Origin: Microbotryum violaceum
Lineage: Eukaryota
Direction: 5' to 3'
Assembly (NCBI GenBank): GCA_001244265.2
Contig: CDLV01000005.1
Location: 2,294,001 to 2,358,000, forward strand
Length of the DNA stretch: 64,000 nt
Position 1 is the stretch's first letter. The number at the start of each line of letters is the position of its first letter. The notes beneath the pieces are model-generated. The model searched no databases and had not been told where the DNA came from. It saw only the letters and a program-made list of their open reading frames with translations. The position numbers and the translations under genes were made by a program. This document shows positions 1 to 13,638 of the stretch, piece after piece.

Positions 1-98
1 GCGGCACCCCCGGATGCGTCGTCGTGAGCGCGAGCGCGCAAGTCCATAATTGGCGGACGCTGACTAGTGGGCTGACCTACGCACAGCGCTGGCGCAAC

Positions 99-2894
99 AT
101 GACGGTCGAGAAGCCTAAGCTACGCGGACCGTGGGCCAAAGAGGAGGACGACAAGTTGGAATCCCTCGTGCAGCAACACGGGTCCGAGAAATGGGTGAGT
201 ACCTATGGCTTAGCTGCTTTCTCCGCTCGACTTGCCTCTGTCCTACTTCTCTCCGTCCGCTCTCTCCTATCGCGTCTGGCGGCTAAGGGCCCCTTCCGAC
301 GGACACCCACTGATGCGGTTCATCCATGCGTATGGGCGGTATATATCTACCAGGTTGCCATCGCGCAAGAGATGGGGACTCGATCGGGCAAGCAGTGCCG
401 TGAGCGGTGGCATAACCATCTCGACCCTTCAAGTGAGTTTGGCCCTCTCCTGACGCCGCGCGAAAACTAGCTGGTCAGCCTGGCCTCGACCCTGACAAGG
501 CACCGCTACTCTTTTCCAACAGTCAACAAGGGCGACTGGACGCCCGAAGAGGAAGAGCTCATCAAAACCATGTACATGAAGATCGGCTCGAGGTGGGCCG
601 AAATGGCAAAGTACCTACCCGGCCGGCCCGACAATGCGATCAAGAATCACTTCAATGCGTAAGTCTTCCTCGAAGGAGAACTAAGCGACAAACGATCGAA
701 ATCGAACTCATGAATCATTTCGTGGCTCGGACTTCACAGCTCGATTGGTCGTCCGCGGAAGCGTGGGTCCAGTATTAGTTCTATGACCGGAGCCCTCGAC
801 CTCTCCGACTCGTCTCAAGGCACTGCGATGTCCCGCACAGCGTCCAACAGCTCCCTTGCCAGCTCTGGCTCCACCTCTGGATCGGGCTATGGCCGATATG
901 CCCCCTACCATCGCTCGTCCTCGTCCGTCTCGTCGACGGGGGTCTCGAAGGGGCGCAGCGACTCGATCTCCTCGGCACACGACCCCTTTGGTCTTCCCGC
1001 GTATTCTGCACCCACGGATTACCCACCGCAGTTCCCCTACGATCAGCACGGAATGCCACGGGGTGGAGGAGGGCATATGGCGTACGCGACGTCGAATGTG
1101 CCCCACGTCCACCACACCCATTCAATGTCGCTGCCGCATGCACCGCTATCGCGCAGCTCCTATGCGCCCCCGGCCAGCGGCCACAGCAGTTCCGACGAAT
1201 CGACGGCGATGACACCGGACATGATGAGGGCATCGCTCCCCGGATCTGCAGGACCATCGGATCGATCCATCCGGCCAGAGGTGTTCGCACGGCCCTACTC
1301 GAATTCGTCGCCCTCGATCGCAAGCGGTTTCGCGTATCCGCACTTTCCCTCGGGTCGCGAGCCGTCGCCGCTCGATTCAAATGCGTACCATCCGAACTTG
1401 CAGATCGAAACGGATGGCTCTGCGATCTGGAACCAGCAGCAGCGACATGCCAGCTACTCTCGTTTATCGACGTCGAGCGCCTCGTCATCGTCGTCGTCGT
1501 CGAATTCGCCGAATCCGCACGCCATAGCATCGCTTCGTAACAGCCCCCACCTCGGCTTCGACCCCAACTCGCATGTCGGCTTCGACCCGAGCGTAGGATT
1601 TGCGGGCCCGATCGAGGTAGACCAGACGCAGTACGGTTTGTATCCGGACGAGGCCGCCGCTCAGGCCCACCAACAAATGTTCGCGTCCGCCGATCGCTCG
1701 ATGTACCCCTCGGTGTCGGGGCATTACCACACGCCCTCGGACACGGGCTACGACCATGTCGCACCGTTCTCTGCGACACAGGCATTTTCGGCTCGACCAG
1801 GTCTGCAGCACTCGACGTCGCACGAGTCCATCACGTTACAGCAGCCCGTCTACGAGCAGCAACCGGTGCAGGCACACGAGCAACAGCAGCAAGCGCCCCA
1901 GCAGCAACATCAGCCTCCGTTCTATGTGCATGCCGGACACATGGTCACCCCCGATCCAACGACGGGGTCCTACACATTCAATCCCGCTTCCAAACGATCC
2001 GACTGGGGAGGTTTGGCCCCGGACGATGTGCGTCACCAGTCTTCTTCCCTTGGCCAGCCGGGACGGGTGACCGGCCTCGCCGGAGCCTCTACCATCTATG
2101 CTGCTCCTGTCGAAAGCACTGCTGCGCCGTTCGTGTCGCAAGCGCAAGCACAAGCGCCAGCTCCGCAACCCGCTTTCGGCCTCGACTCGACGATGGCGCA
2201 GCTTAGGCACCAAAATTATCGCGATCCGGCAGCATTCGACAGCCATCCTTCGCCAGCGTCATCTGACACCTCCTCCGGTTCGGGCCAGTCGAGCTATTCG
2301 TTTGCGCCTTCCTCGAGAATGCTCGACTCGTCCTCGCTGGGCCCGAATGCTTCTCCCGCCTCCACGGCCAGTGACAGCGACCTCCCTAGCATCCCGGCCG
2401 CCCTCTCCACTCAGAGCCCCATTCTGGGTCAGGCTCAGGATCGAGGTGGGGCTGCGCTCGGTATTCCCTCACGACGCAACCGGGCCCGACCGCAATCATT
2501 GCAGATCGTGGCGAATGGCGGTGGCAGTCTGTCGATTGCCGGAACCATGGTACCTGGTTCCACGCGCGGGGCACTCTCTGCGGTCATGCCCGATGGGATC
2601 GACCTTGATGTTCCGACACCACGGGCGGCGACGATGCAGAAGGGGTACTCTTCTCCCGGTGGTTTGCGGGCGATGGATGCGCTGCGAACGCGACAGGTCG
2701 AGGAAGGTCGCACTCCGACGACGGCGGGTGAGGCCTTGCAAGATCAGCAGCAGTGGTACAAGAAGTCGACGGCCACTCGCTCGCCTGTGCCCCTGAGCCC
2801 GAATCAAATCTCTTCGATCTTCCATCCGACCAGCGACTGGATGGCGACGGACTCGATGGGTCGAGCCAGCTTGCCCGGAAGCATCGGCATGTGA
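99..2894 (+). CDS. R2R3-type Myb transcription factor with a long Ser/Gln-rich C-terminal region
   Basis: Spliced exons 99-194, 354-432, 523-658 and 740-2894 give [74 protein letters not shown], two Myb repeats. These join in frame to ORF 783..2894. An acceptor at ~86 suggests an upstream exon. Confidence 0.92.
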
Positions 2895-3682
2895 TTGTCA
2901 GCATCGCCCCTCACCCATTCTTAATCTCTCGGTCGCCTTTTTTTTTGCTCTGCTCGGGCACCTTCCCCGCGGCATGTGCCGTTCCCGAGCGTCTTTCTCC
3001 AGTGTTCGATCTTCACGACTCGGCTGGGACAATTCGACCCCACGTTCGTTACACCACTGCTCTTCATACCGTACCGACCAATCACCACTTTTGTCGTCAC
3101 CACCTCGGACCTGTTTCGAAGGTGGCTTCCCATCCTTTCCGCCAGCTTCGCGCCGGACCGGAATGCTTGAATGGATCCAACTCGAGTTTGTACACGGTCA
3201 CTCGCCCGGATCGAGTTCCTACTATTATCGCCCTGTCCGTATGGATTACGACATACACACACGAGCGCACTTCCCACACTGCCCCTTCCTTTCGTGTCGG
3301 TCTCAACTCTCACCGTGATTTGGTGGGATTTTCTTTTTCCCGCTTGAAGTGCCCACTTCTCGACATCTGTTTAATAATCGGTTCTTTTGTATTTGGGTGA
3401 ACATTATTCTGCAACGATGTGATTCGCTGGTCGTATTCTTTATCAGACTGTTTGGCTTCGCCATGGGCGCTTGATTTGAGTAAGCATGAGAAATAAATCG
3501 AGCCCGAACTTGCGCCCCGGATTGCACAGGATTACACCGCCCATGATCCCTATGACGCGTCGCGTCGCGGGCAGCCTCGCGCAGCCTCCGCTGGCTCAAC
3601 TGACGCCGACAACGGCTTTTGTCTACCTAGTCGTGTGAATTTTAAACGTCCTCTTAGACCCACACCCACACCCACCATAGCC

Positions 3683-5664
3683 ATGTCACCTATAGCATCG
3701 GCACATGACAATCTCTTCGAGTCACCGCTTGACCTCGTCCCTCGACAAGCTTCCTCCCTCGTCGACTCCGCCATTTCTCAGGTCGATTCGGACTCGACGA
3801 CGACGAGGCCCGTGAACACCGCAGCAGCTCGCGATGGGTTCGTGCAGGTCAGGGAGAGGATGCGCACCCTTCGCCGCTCGACCAACCCAGACGAGGATTC
3901 AAAAGCAAGATGGGCTTCCACAATCCATTCAACCGCTGTCAGGTTACCCCCCTACGAATCTTCGACTCTCTTGCGCAGCCGCGGTTTGCCGTCCGGTTTG
4001 TCCTCGCCGCAGCCTATACTCATGCGGCGCAGTTTGAGCTTGGAGCCGAGTGATACTCAGAAGGTCACGCTGGGAGTGAGTTGTTTCATTCACTCACTCA
4101 GTTCTGGATTACTGTACGCTGGCTGAAGTTCGAGCTTTATATTGCTCGCACAGGTCATCGCTGCTGTGAGTGAGGAATCGGTCTGGCCCGGCAACTCAAC
4201 TTGCGAGCGAGCGGTTCGCTTCAGGAGCTTTCGTGCACGCACCGACCAAAGGGCATGATTGCACCCTCGTTGGATGACCCCTACGACTCTCTCTGAGCTC
4301 ATCAAACTGTGGCGCTATTCCATACCCGTATAGTATGTCGTCATTATCGCCATCCTGTGGCACGTACCAGTCCGTAAGTCTCACTTTTCACTCTTCACGG
4401 AGAGATCTTTCCCAGAGTCTGCGCTGGTACCCTGACACTCGTTTGCTGACGCTGATCGGAACACTATCCGTGACAGTAAAATGGATCTTGTACCCTCTCA
4501 AGATGCTCACGATCGCTTTCCATGAGGTGGGCGATTCATGCAGTAAGGCGGTGTGAAACTATGGGCACCATGGCTGACGATCTGCACCGATGCTTTCCTT
4601 CCACAGTTTGGCCAGTGAGTTGTGATATGATGTTAAAGTCGTCATTTTGGACCATCACTGTCGATCAGACGCTGAGCATGCATATAACTCATGATTTAGC
4701 GCTGCGACGGGATGCTGCACTGGCGCAAGGATCAAGAGCATCACTCTCGATCCGCGAGAAGGCGGCTGCACAATGAGTGACTTTGTTCGAGCGCTCTCTG
4801 ACCATTCAAAACCGTTACTCACATGCATACTTTGATCATCCAGTGTCCGGCGGCATCTCCGCCATCACGCTCCCGGCAGGCTATCTCGGATCTTCGTTGA
4901 TAGGGGCGCTCCTCATCTTCTGCGGATTCGACATTGTCGCGTCCAAAATCGCCTCGTTTGTGCTTGCGGTAGCGTTTATTATCATTCTATGGTGGGGAAG
5001 AAAGGACTGGTTGACGATCGTGACGATCTTGGTTTCGGTCGGCCTCTTGGTTGCCGGATGGTTCATTGCTCATGGAGCTGCGGTGAGTTTGGTCCACCTC
5101 CCTCCACACCTCGAGAGAAGAGCACTGCAGCTGACGACGATGAAGTATGAGCGACTAGTTGCGATATGAGGTTCTGTTTATCGGTGTCATGTCCGCCCTG
5201 TACTCAGTGTGGGATATTGTGAGTCCGCCCCAGCCTCACTTTTCTTTTTACATACTCTTGCTAACCCGTGCTCGCCTTTTGATGCCCAGTTCGACGATGT
5301 ACGTACCCGGGTAAGGATATAGGTGCGCTCAAAACTCAGAGTGCTGACGTGTTGTGGCCTTCCCATGTATCTCACAGCTCATCCTCCGCAAGGTTAACGA
5401 GTCCGATGCCTCCGTCTTCGCAAAGCGCTACGGTGGCTCGTCAGCGTGCTGGGGGGTCCTCTGGGCGATCGTGTCCGTCGTCTTCATGGCGGCAGGGATT
5501 TTAGTGAGTCATTTCAAAACATGCAGAAGCCCATCTTCCGGAGAATTTGCCCTAATTGTCTTGTGCTCCTCGTCCCGCAGTGTGGCCTCTTGGCTTTCAA
5601 AGACTCTTTCTCCGAACAAGCAGCCGACAGCGCAAAGTTCTTGCCCACCCGTCTGCTCTTTTAG
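3683..5664 (+). CDS. Peptidase M50B-like membrane zinc metalloprotease (multi-exon)
   Basis: Spliced product contains YPLKMLTIAFHEFGHA (HExxH), DPREGG, ITLPAGYLGSSLIG, several hydrophobic segments and LILRKVNESDA. The start codon is uncertain. Confidence 0.85.
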
Positions 5665-5844
5665 CTCACCCACCCGTCCACTTGGCTCTTCGCATCGCAT
5701 CGCATGTCCCAACAAAAAGTTTGTTCACTCCATGTACCTCAGTCTTGCCGAAAACGCCTCAATTTCGTACGCTTCTCTGTCTATTACAAGTGCAAGTCCC
5801 ATTGACGACGATCGGCTTTCTATGTTGAGCGCGCTGTGGAGTTT

Positions 5845-7557
5845 CTATAGTAGTTCAGCCCAGCCTTCTCTTTGAAGGGCCCATTTTACCCCTTCCTGTT
5901 CAATATACAGGCGAAAGCCATAGGTGTCAGCTCCTGCCTCTCATTCTCGCCCTCGGGACGCTAAGACGTACCCAAACGTCATCCTTCACAATCGTCGGTC
6001 GATGCTCCGCGTCTTTAACATCCCCTCTAAACACCCCCGTCCTAACCAGTATACTCTCCCACCCAAACGCATTCGCTCCCGCAATATCTGAGGCCGGGTT
6101 GTCTCCCAGCATGTAGACGTTGCCTTCGATTGGCCCTGCGTCGGAATTGACGACGGCTTCGTGGAGTGATTCAGAGGATGAATGGGTGTGAGGATTGGAG
6201 AGGGATCGGACATGGTGGGACAGGAGGGATGAAGCGTATTTGTATGTGTGTGAGGTAGGTTTGCCACCCGTTGTTCTGTGCAGCACGGCCCAGGCCCAGG
6301 TCATCAGTCTCGATGTGCTCTGGACAACCCCCCCCCCCCCCCCCCTTAACCCGGACGCCGACGCGCGCACCTGATCAAATCCTTGTTGTACGTCCGCTTC
6401 CAAACCGCCGCAACACTTTCTTGGAAAGCGCCTTGGCCGAACCGGGGTTGGGAGAACTCGTTCCCCCATAGTAAATCCGGATTGGAGAAATGTACGGGCA
6501 ATTGAGGTGAGCTTTCCCATTCGGAAGTCAATTTACTCGTCCCCAACACGCCTTGAGACGATGATAGGACGTCGCATATCAGTTGGACGTCTCGACCCCA
6601 ATTGAAGGAGTCATGGAAGACTAAGATGGCTGCAAAGGATATTTCGGAAAAGTCGACGTCGGCCTGGAAGACAAAAGGGAGATTGGTCCGGGTCAGGCCG
6701 ACTTTTCGCGACAAAAGAAGACTCTGTTCCAGCAATCTCCTACCTTGGCGTAAGCGACTTCTTTCTCGGTCAATTTTTGAAAGGGCCACACGCTTGCTTG
6801 CCAGTGTAATACGTCCTCCGGAATGTAGACGTGCTTGAACCCATAACTGTTTTGTTCGTGGCCAACAGCTTCAGTTCAACGTTCTAAGATGCGCATCTCT
6901 GCTTCCCCCCGGGGTAACTCAACTGTTGTGCGACTTTGCGACAATGATCCTTGATTCCTCCAATTACCAAGACAGGCTTATCCTCGAATTGGGGCACCAA
7001 ACCCCTGAAGATGGTATGACTTTGCACCACCTGCCCTTCGCCAATTTCGACGCCCAACTCGCGAGTCAACCTTTGCGCGCGAGTGGCCTCGATCGATCCA
7101 CCTCCATTGGTGAGGCAGATGAAGGGGAATTTCTGAGAGAGTTTGTTCTGTCCTGAAAGGACGGCGAAGGTTCGTTTGGCCTGGGGGAGGACGTGGGATC
7201 CTTGTTTGAGAACGCCGTCCTAGGTTGGGTTGGATGAGCGAGGAGGTCCGACGTTGACGTCAGGTTGGGGGGCCAACTTGAATAGGATCGAGCGAGCGTG
7301 ATATCTGTCTGAAAGGACGTACGATATCAAACGCAAACGCGACCGGTTTCCTAGACCCAGAAGAGGCTGCACGGGATGCAGGTCTCGATCGAGATAAGCT
7401 TTCACTTTGCACGGAAGCCGGCGGAAAGGGGTGCGGCGAGGGGTGGACCGAACTAACTGTTAAGTCGCCGGCGCGTTAATGACGTAGCACACGCCAGGGA
7501 CGGTCGCCGTATACACCCTAGTCCGACGGGTGAGATGCGGGGAATAACCACAGACAT
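5845..7557 (-). CDS. HAD-superfamily subfamily IIA hydrolase (CECR5/HDHD5-like)
   Basis: Spliced motifs AFAFDI|DGVL (DxD), LTNGGG, VVQSHT, VFHDSFNWGRDVQ, FSNPDLLW, PRFGQGAF, GKP and YMLGDNPASDIAGAN..GWESILVRTGVF. The last exon ends ..REGWAELL-TAG at 5845. The 5' end is approximate. Confidence 0.88.
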
Positions 7558-7754
7558 GCTCGGGAATGCCAAGCACCACGATGAGCAGACGAGCTATCGC
7601 GCAGGTGAGGGAGGAGGAGGGAGAAGGAGGGAGGATGAAAGTCGTGAGAGCTCTCGCGCGGATCGTCGCGCACCGTCTCTTGCGCTCCTGCACAGTCCTG
7701 CACGCAACAGTCCTGCACAGCATCGCCTTGCTCAAGCGCTCAGCACTCATCAAC

Positions 7755-9161
7755 ATGCCACAAGTCGGTAGGTCACGTCGGTCAACGTTATGTTCTTGTC
7801 CCATTCACTCATTCTCAGCCAGCTTCTCCGCGCAGGTCCTCAATTGCCTCCCCATCTGGCCGCTGCTTCATCGTCCTCGTCGTCTTCCGGCCCTCAACTA
7901 CCTCCTCATGTCCCAGCGGGCCCTTCACGACCATCTACACAAACCGTTGGACCTGTTTTTCCCCCATCAGCTCCCACAGCCGCTGGGCCGTCTTTGGCCG
8001 CGCCGGTGCAAGATGACGACGACTCGGACGACGACTATGGCCCTTCGCTTCCACCCGATCTAGCCGCCGCCCGGACGACCACCGCCTCAAGTATCGCCGC
8101 AGGCCCATCAACGGCTCCAGATGCACCTACGAAGAAGGTTCTCGGACCCACGCTGCCCTCTGACTACCGCCCGTCAGCTTCGGTCTCAGGGGCCGTGTCC
8201 GACTCTGCTGCTTCTCCACCACTGCGACCGTACAAGAAGGAAACGCCCCTTTCGAACCTTTACTCGGATGATGACGACGATGCGTTCGGACCGATGCCTT
8301 TACCTGCCGGCGCATCAGGCTACTCGGAGGAGAACGAAGGTGTGCGTTTGGTGCGAGAGCGCGAAGAGAGGCAGAGGGAACGGGAGAGGGAGGCCGAGAG
8401 GAAGAAGAATGAGAAGCCGAAACGAGAGGAGTGGATGATGGTCCCTCCCAAGGACCTGGATCTCATGTCGTGTAAGATTCAAAACTGAATTGGGGTCTCG
8501 AGTCAGAGAGGTGCTGATCCTCCTTAACGGTTCGGTGCCCCAACCCAGCCATGGACCCGACCAAGCTTAAGTCACGAGGCTTCCAGCAGATGGCCGGCAA
8601 AGGCATGGCCCATGGCAGTGCGGGCAAACCCAACCCCGAAGACGTGAACCTATGGACCGAAACACCGCAAGAAAGGCAGAAACGACTCGAGGACGAGATG
8701 ATGGGGAGGAAGCGAAAAGCCGAGATTTCAAACGGCGGTGGAGGTGCCGGTCAGCCTGAAGAGACAGATGAGCAGAGGAGAAAAAGGATGAGGGACCAGC
8801 AGTTGCGTGACGAGGTCGATCGACACAATGTGAGTCCGGTATTCGTATCACGACTTGGGTTCCGTATGTGCTGCTGTGTGGACGCGCGCAGTCCTCTGTG
8901 AGCCTGCCGAATTAGCCACTGATCATGGGATTCCCCTTGCGCTTCTGTTGATAGAAATCTTCACGCAATGCGACACTGCTCGACCAGCATGCCAAGTCGT
9001 CCAAAATCAAAGAAAAGGACGACAAGGTGCCGCCGAGGATCTGGGACCATGACCGGGACATGAGCGTCGGAGGACGGTTATTGGATGACTCGAAGCGTTC
9101 GGACATGATCAAGAACGCCCGGGATCTCGGTGGACGCTTCGGAGGGGGAAGCTACTTGTGA
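7755..9161 (+). CDS. GPALPP-motif / DUF3752 domain protein
   Basis: Repeated GPxLPP motifs (GPQLPP, YGPSLPP, GPTLPS, FGPMPLP), followed by KREEWMMVPP, MDPTKLKSRGF, LWTETPQERQKRL, IWDHDRDM and a C-terminal RFGGGSYL. About 4 exons. Confidence 0.85.
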
Positions 9162-11075
9162 TGCATGTTCAAATGTACAAGCTATGTTGTTGACTAAGGT
9201 GGAATTGAGTCTAGATCGCTGTCCTGTAGCGCTTGCTCGGGCAGCAGCTCCCTGTTGCATGCTCGGTCTGACATGAGCGTGATGACCCTCTCCTTGCCAC
9301 TCGGGGAACATCATTGAGCAGCAATCACCCCTCGCCCTTCGCCGCAACTATGAAAGCAAGACTCGCCTACGCGAGACGTCGACTTGATCTGTGCTTGGAT
9401 CATCGACCCCAGTAATCCTTGCCCACCGAGATTCCGCCTTCCCGCAAGACTGCGACCCCCACCCCCACTTGACTTGGACAGCCGCTGGGGTGTGACGGTT
9501 ACCCGGGCAGGCAAGGCGCCGACCCGCCAAGCGGGTTGAGCTTCGCGCCACCGCAAGTTCCACTTCAAGTTCACGAGACACGTCACACGGTGAACCGACC
9601 ACCCGCACAGCCTAAGCATCCACGACTTGGCTTCTATCCCATTTCGCATGACATCCCTGGTGAGTGAAGCCACAGAGCCGCCTTGATATGTGAGCGGCAT
9701 CGCAGAACGCCCCGCAGAGCTGGTGCTCACGTGCCGCGCTCGGGCTCTCCGAAGCTTGCACTGACGCTCACTCGTGACTCGACACTCCGACACCGACAGG
9801 TGAACGCCTCGGGACTAGAGTCGTTTGATCACACCCACATTTGGTTCAGGGTGAGTTGGAAAGGAGTGTTTTGGTCATTGGCTCGATCGAAGTGCGAAGT
9901 GCGTGCATTGCATCACTGCAGGGGGTTGCGGCGGCGGCCCCGGGCTGGGCTGGGCTTCTCCGTTTTGGCGTCGCTGGCCGGGCGCGTCCCGTCCGTGTGC
10001 CCGCGTGGAGTCTCCGGCAGCGGGCCCGCCGGCGCTCAGCTCTCTGAGGCCTCAGCGAGCTGACTCCTTGAACGGGTTCCCCACTCTTGCCGTCCTCGCG
10101 CGCTCTCCATCTCCAACCTCACTCCGACACCAAATCCCCGAACCTGTCGTTCGATTTTGGCGTCGACACCGGAACCTTTCGTCGTTTTCGTAGGTCCCCA
10201 ACGAGTCGACGCGGGCGTCTCCACGGCCGCCAGCGACGACTGAACGGGAGCCAAGTTCGTCCCCGGATCGACCCCACGACGCGAGCGATCGTTCACCCCG
10301 CTCTTCCGTCTCGTCGTTCACGACCGCGACCTCCTCCAACGTCTCGCCTTCCCACCCACCTCAGGCGATTCTACCTTCCTATTTTCAATCTCACCACATC
10401 CATACCTTTGACGGCTTGACGACCACCTGGTCCTCGGCAGCGACCAAACCGTCTTCCCTGACCATTGCTGGCTCACCGCCTAACTCATTGGGCCTCACCG
10501 CTCTGCCTACATCTGCCATCTCGTGGGCGCCTTCTTCGGCAGCCGTTCTCGGCCATCGCAAACCGGGCACCGCGAGTAATCACGACCACGATCGAGACGA
10601 GGGCAGTGACCGACGCCTCACCAGCCTCAGTACTCACGACGACCTTCCAGGCGTCCCGACGGCAGGTCAGTTTTACACGTATCAAGGCAGTCACTTTGCG
10701 TGGATGCGAGCTTGCGAGACTGACTCAAGTGCTTCGGCAAATACAGCACTCTTGTCGCCTCCTATCGGATCGGAACCCGAAAGCGAGCACACCCAAGCCG
10801 CGCTCGCCCAGATCTTTGGCGGTCACATTCGACCACACTATCGACCGATTCATCCGTTTCTTGACTCCCGAGCGCCGCTTTCCTCATCACTTGCATCACC
10901 TCCGAGGAGCTATTTCTCTCCGCCTCCCTTGCCGTCTCCAGGCCATCCGCCAGGCCAGTCGTGTTCATCTTCGTCCGCCAAACCTCGCTCGCGATCCTAT
11001 TCCTCTGCTTCCGCCCTCTCCGACATAGCAACTGTACCCAAAACTTTGGCTGCGCTGGACGGCTCCTTTCCGGAG

Positions 11076-13550
11076 ATGAACCACTCGACGAATGATGCCT
11101 ATGGATTCCAGTCGTCAGGGTCGCACTTTTCGACCTCGCTGCCCGTCAATCCTATACGAATCGGCCAAACTTCGCCGAGCCTGACGTCGTCCAGCGGCGG
11201 GCATGATGCCGACGAGCCAGCCCCGTCCCGACCTGCTTTAGGAGCATTCGCCGGTGCGAACTCATTCTCTGGGGGCATCGGACTCGGTCGTGGCGCCCAA
11301 ACGGGCTGGCGCAGCTCTTCGGCGACTCGAGCCTCGTCCTTTGGCTGGGAGGATGCCGACCGGGAAGGGCGGTCGAGACTGCGCGCCGAGAGCGACGGAC
11401 CCTGGGCAAGCGAGGATACGACGAGTGGAATCGGCTTGAGTAACATGTCGCCCTTTTCTCGCGATGGGAGTCGGCTGCTCTTTGAGCCTCAGGGCGAAAC
11501 GAGGGGATTCGGCACGGGAGCAGGGACATACAAAGCACGAAGGGACCACTCGCTCGGCGCCGTCGGAAGCGGACGAATGAGAGGTGATCTGGTCTGGGGT
11601 CGCTCCGAGCGCACCCTGAACGAAGCCGAGAACGAAGACGACGACTCGTTCGTCCCTCCGACCAAGTCCGGTGCGACCTCGCGACGCCATTCCTTCGCCA
11701 CGTTCAACTCGTCAAGTCGCTCGCAGATCGGCTTCCACCTCCCTGAGGAGGCTCGATCGCCACCGAGTCAGCACAACGGAGGCTTTGGCTCGATGGCACT
11801 CGGTAGCAACGACGGCGATCGTCGCTTTGGTCCGGGAAGCTCGGCCATTAACGACGACGACCTTGCGGCGGATCTTAACTCGCTGCATCTCAACCTCGAG
11901 GCTCATGCGGCCGTCATCGGCGGACAGACAGCATCTTCGACGTCACCTCGGAGTCCTGGTGGTCTAGGTCATGTCGGATCGATGCCGGTCAATTTTCCTC
12001 CGATGCGCTCGAGCCGGCATTTCAGCGACGTCGAATCGTCTCGCTCCCCTCCCGTTCGATCCTCGGGCGTGGCGTCGTCGACACCGGCCGCGGTCAGCTC
12101 CAGCTCCGGCGACGACTCCTCCAGGGCGACGAAGGCCTTCTTCTTGCCCCAGCCTTCGGTGCCGACAACTTCGCTGTCCCCTTCGACCGCGCAACGAGTG
12201 ACCTCGCGCTTCGAATTTGGTGGCACGTCGCCTGGGAAAACGGCTAGTACCACCGGTCCCATGCATCCATTCGCCTCCGGTGCACCCGATCTGGGTCTGG
12301 GGGCCTTCCGACCGCCCCCGACAAGTCAACCGACCATTTCGCAGGCTCCTCCACAACAGCGCTCCGGGTTCATGTCTGGCTTGATGGGCCAGATTCCACC
12401 ACCGCCGCCCCCTCCCGGCGGTCCCGCTTCGGGATACCCTGGGATGTACGGTCAAGGGGCCTCGAACTTCGGCAACTACGGTGCACTACCTCCTCCCCCA
12501 CCTCCTTCGCAGATGGCGATGGGCCCGGGCGGTGGGATGCCACAGCATCCGGTACAGCATGGATTTGGCGTCCCCCCACCCCAGTCGTTCTATACTGGAC
12601 AGGGACAGGGTCAGGGACTTGCACCGCGCCCTAGAGGCGGACCTCCTAACAACAGCGGACCCCCACTGAGCGGCACACCCCAGGGCACTCCAAATGCGAC
12701 GGGCAACACTGGGACCGGGAACAAAGAGTCGAATGGCGACTTGTCGAACCTCGGTCGTGGCATCCCACTGCACAACGTTCCGGCCAACGCGCCCTTGTAC
12801 ATCGTCGAGTTCAAAGCCGGACGCAAGGACCTGTTCTTCGTTGACGACCCGAACCTGCAATTACGCCAAGGCGAACTGGTGATTGTCGAGGCCGATCGCG
12901 GCAAGGACATTGGCAAGTTTTTCAAGCCTTGTTCATTGGATGAAGTTCAGGCGTTCCAGCAACGACTGGTCGAAATTGCGATGGGACAGCTTGCGCACAA
13001 TGGCGGCGGTGGCGGCGGCGGTGGGATGGACCCGAGAGGACCCGGTGGGGCTGCGAACACGGGTGGACCACCCAACGCGGCCACGTTGGCAAGAATAACG
13101 AAGGAGTTCGCACCCAAGCGGCTGTTTGGGAAAGCCAGTGCTTCGGACACGCACCAGTTGTTGAACAAGGCGCAAGACGAAGTCAAGGCCTTGGCGTTGG
13201 TGAGGCAGAAGGTGGCGCAAAGAAGTCAGTCCCATGTACAAGCTGCTGAGGTCATCGCCAGAAGAAATACTGACCCTGTCTTCGCTGATGCAGGCCTTCC
13301 TATGGAAGTCTTTGATGCCGAGTGGCAATGGGATCGTCGCAAGTTGACCTTCTACTACACCGCCAACACTCGCGTCGATTTCCGTGAACTCGTGAGAGAA
13401 CTGTTCAGGGTCTACAAGACCCGTGTCTGGATGTGAGTCGCCGGGCGCGACACGGCCGCGTTTCTGATTGGGCACCCGTTGAACCTTGTTCTCGTCTTCC
13501 ACAGGTGCTGCCTCGACGCAAATTCATCCGAAGCGTGGAATTTTGCTTGA
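11076..13550 (+). CDS. PSP1 C-terminal domain protein
   Basis: C-terminal LYIVEFKAGRKDLF, VIVEADRGKDIG and LPMEVFDAEWQWDRRKLTFYY..RVDFRELVRELFRVYKTRVWM. A small terminal exon at 13505-13550 completes the protein. The first in-frame exonic AUG is at 11076, but the frame is open further upstream (see findings). Confidence 0.9.
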
Positions 13551-13638
13551 ACCATAGAGCGCCAGAAATGGTGACACGGGCATCACTACGATTGCATCTT
13601 GCCAAGGCTGCGTCTATCTCATCTCGCAAACTCGAATT

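Noticed and set aside
781-1785. 334-aa antisense ORF, and similar shadow ORFs at 24584-25372, 20471-21208 and 45140-45688
   Set aside because: They lie opposite well-supported genes in GC-rich DNA and have Arg-rich or otherwise non-protein-like composition with no motifs.
6328-6345. Homopolymer runs (C-run here, A-run 15680-15702, G-run ~46605-46621) as frameshift sites
   Set aside because: All fall within predicted introns and do not affect coding frames.
9200-10400. Several short ORFs in the long region upstream of PSP1
   Set aside because: No coherent exon chain or motif. It is probably promoter/5' UTR.
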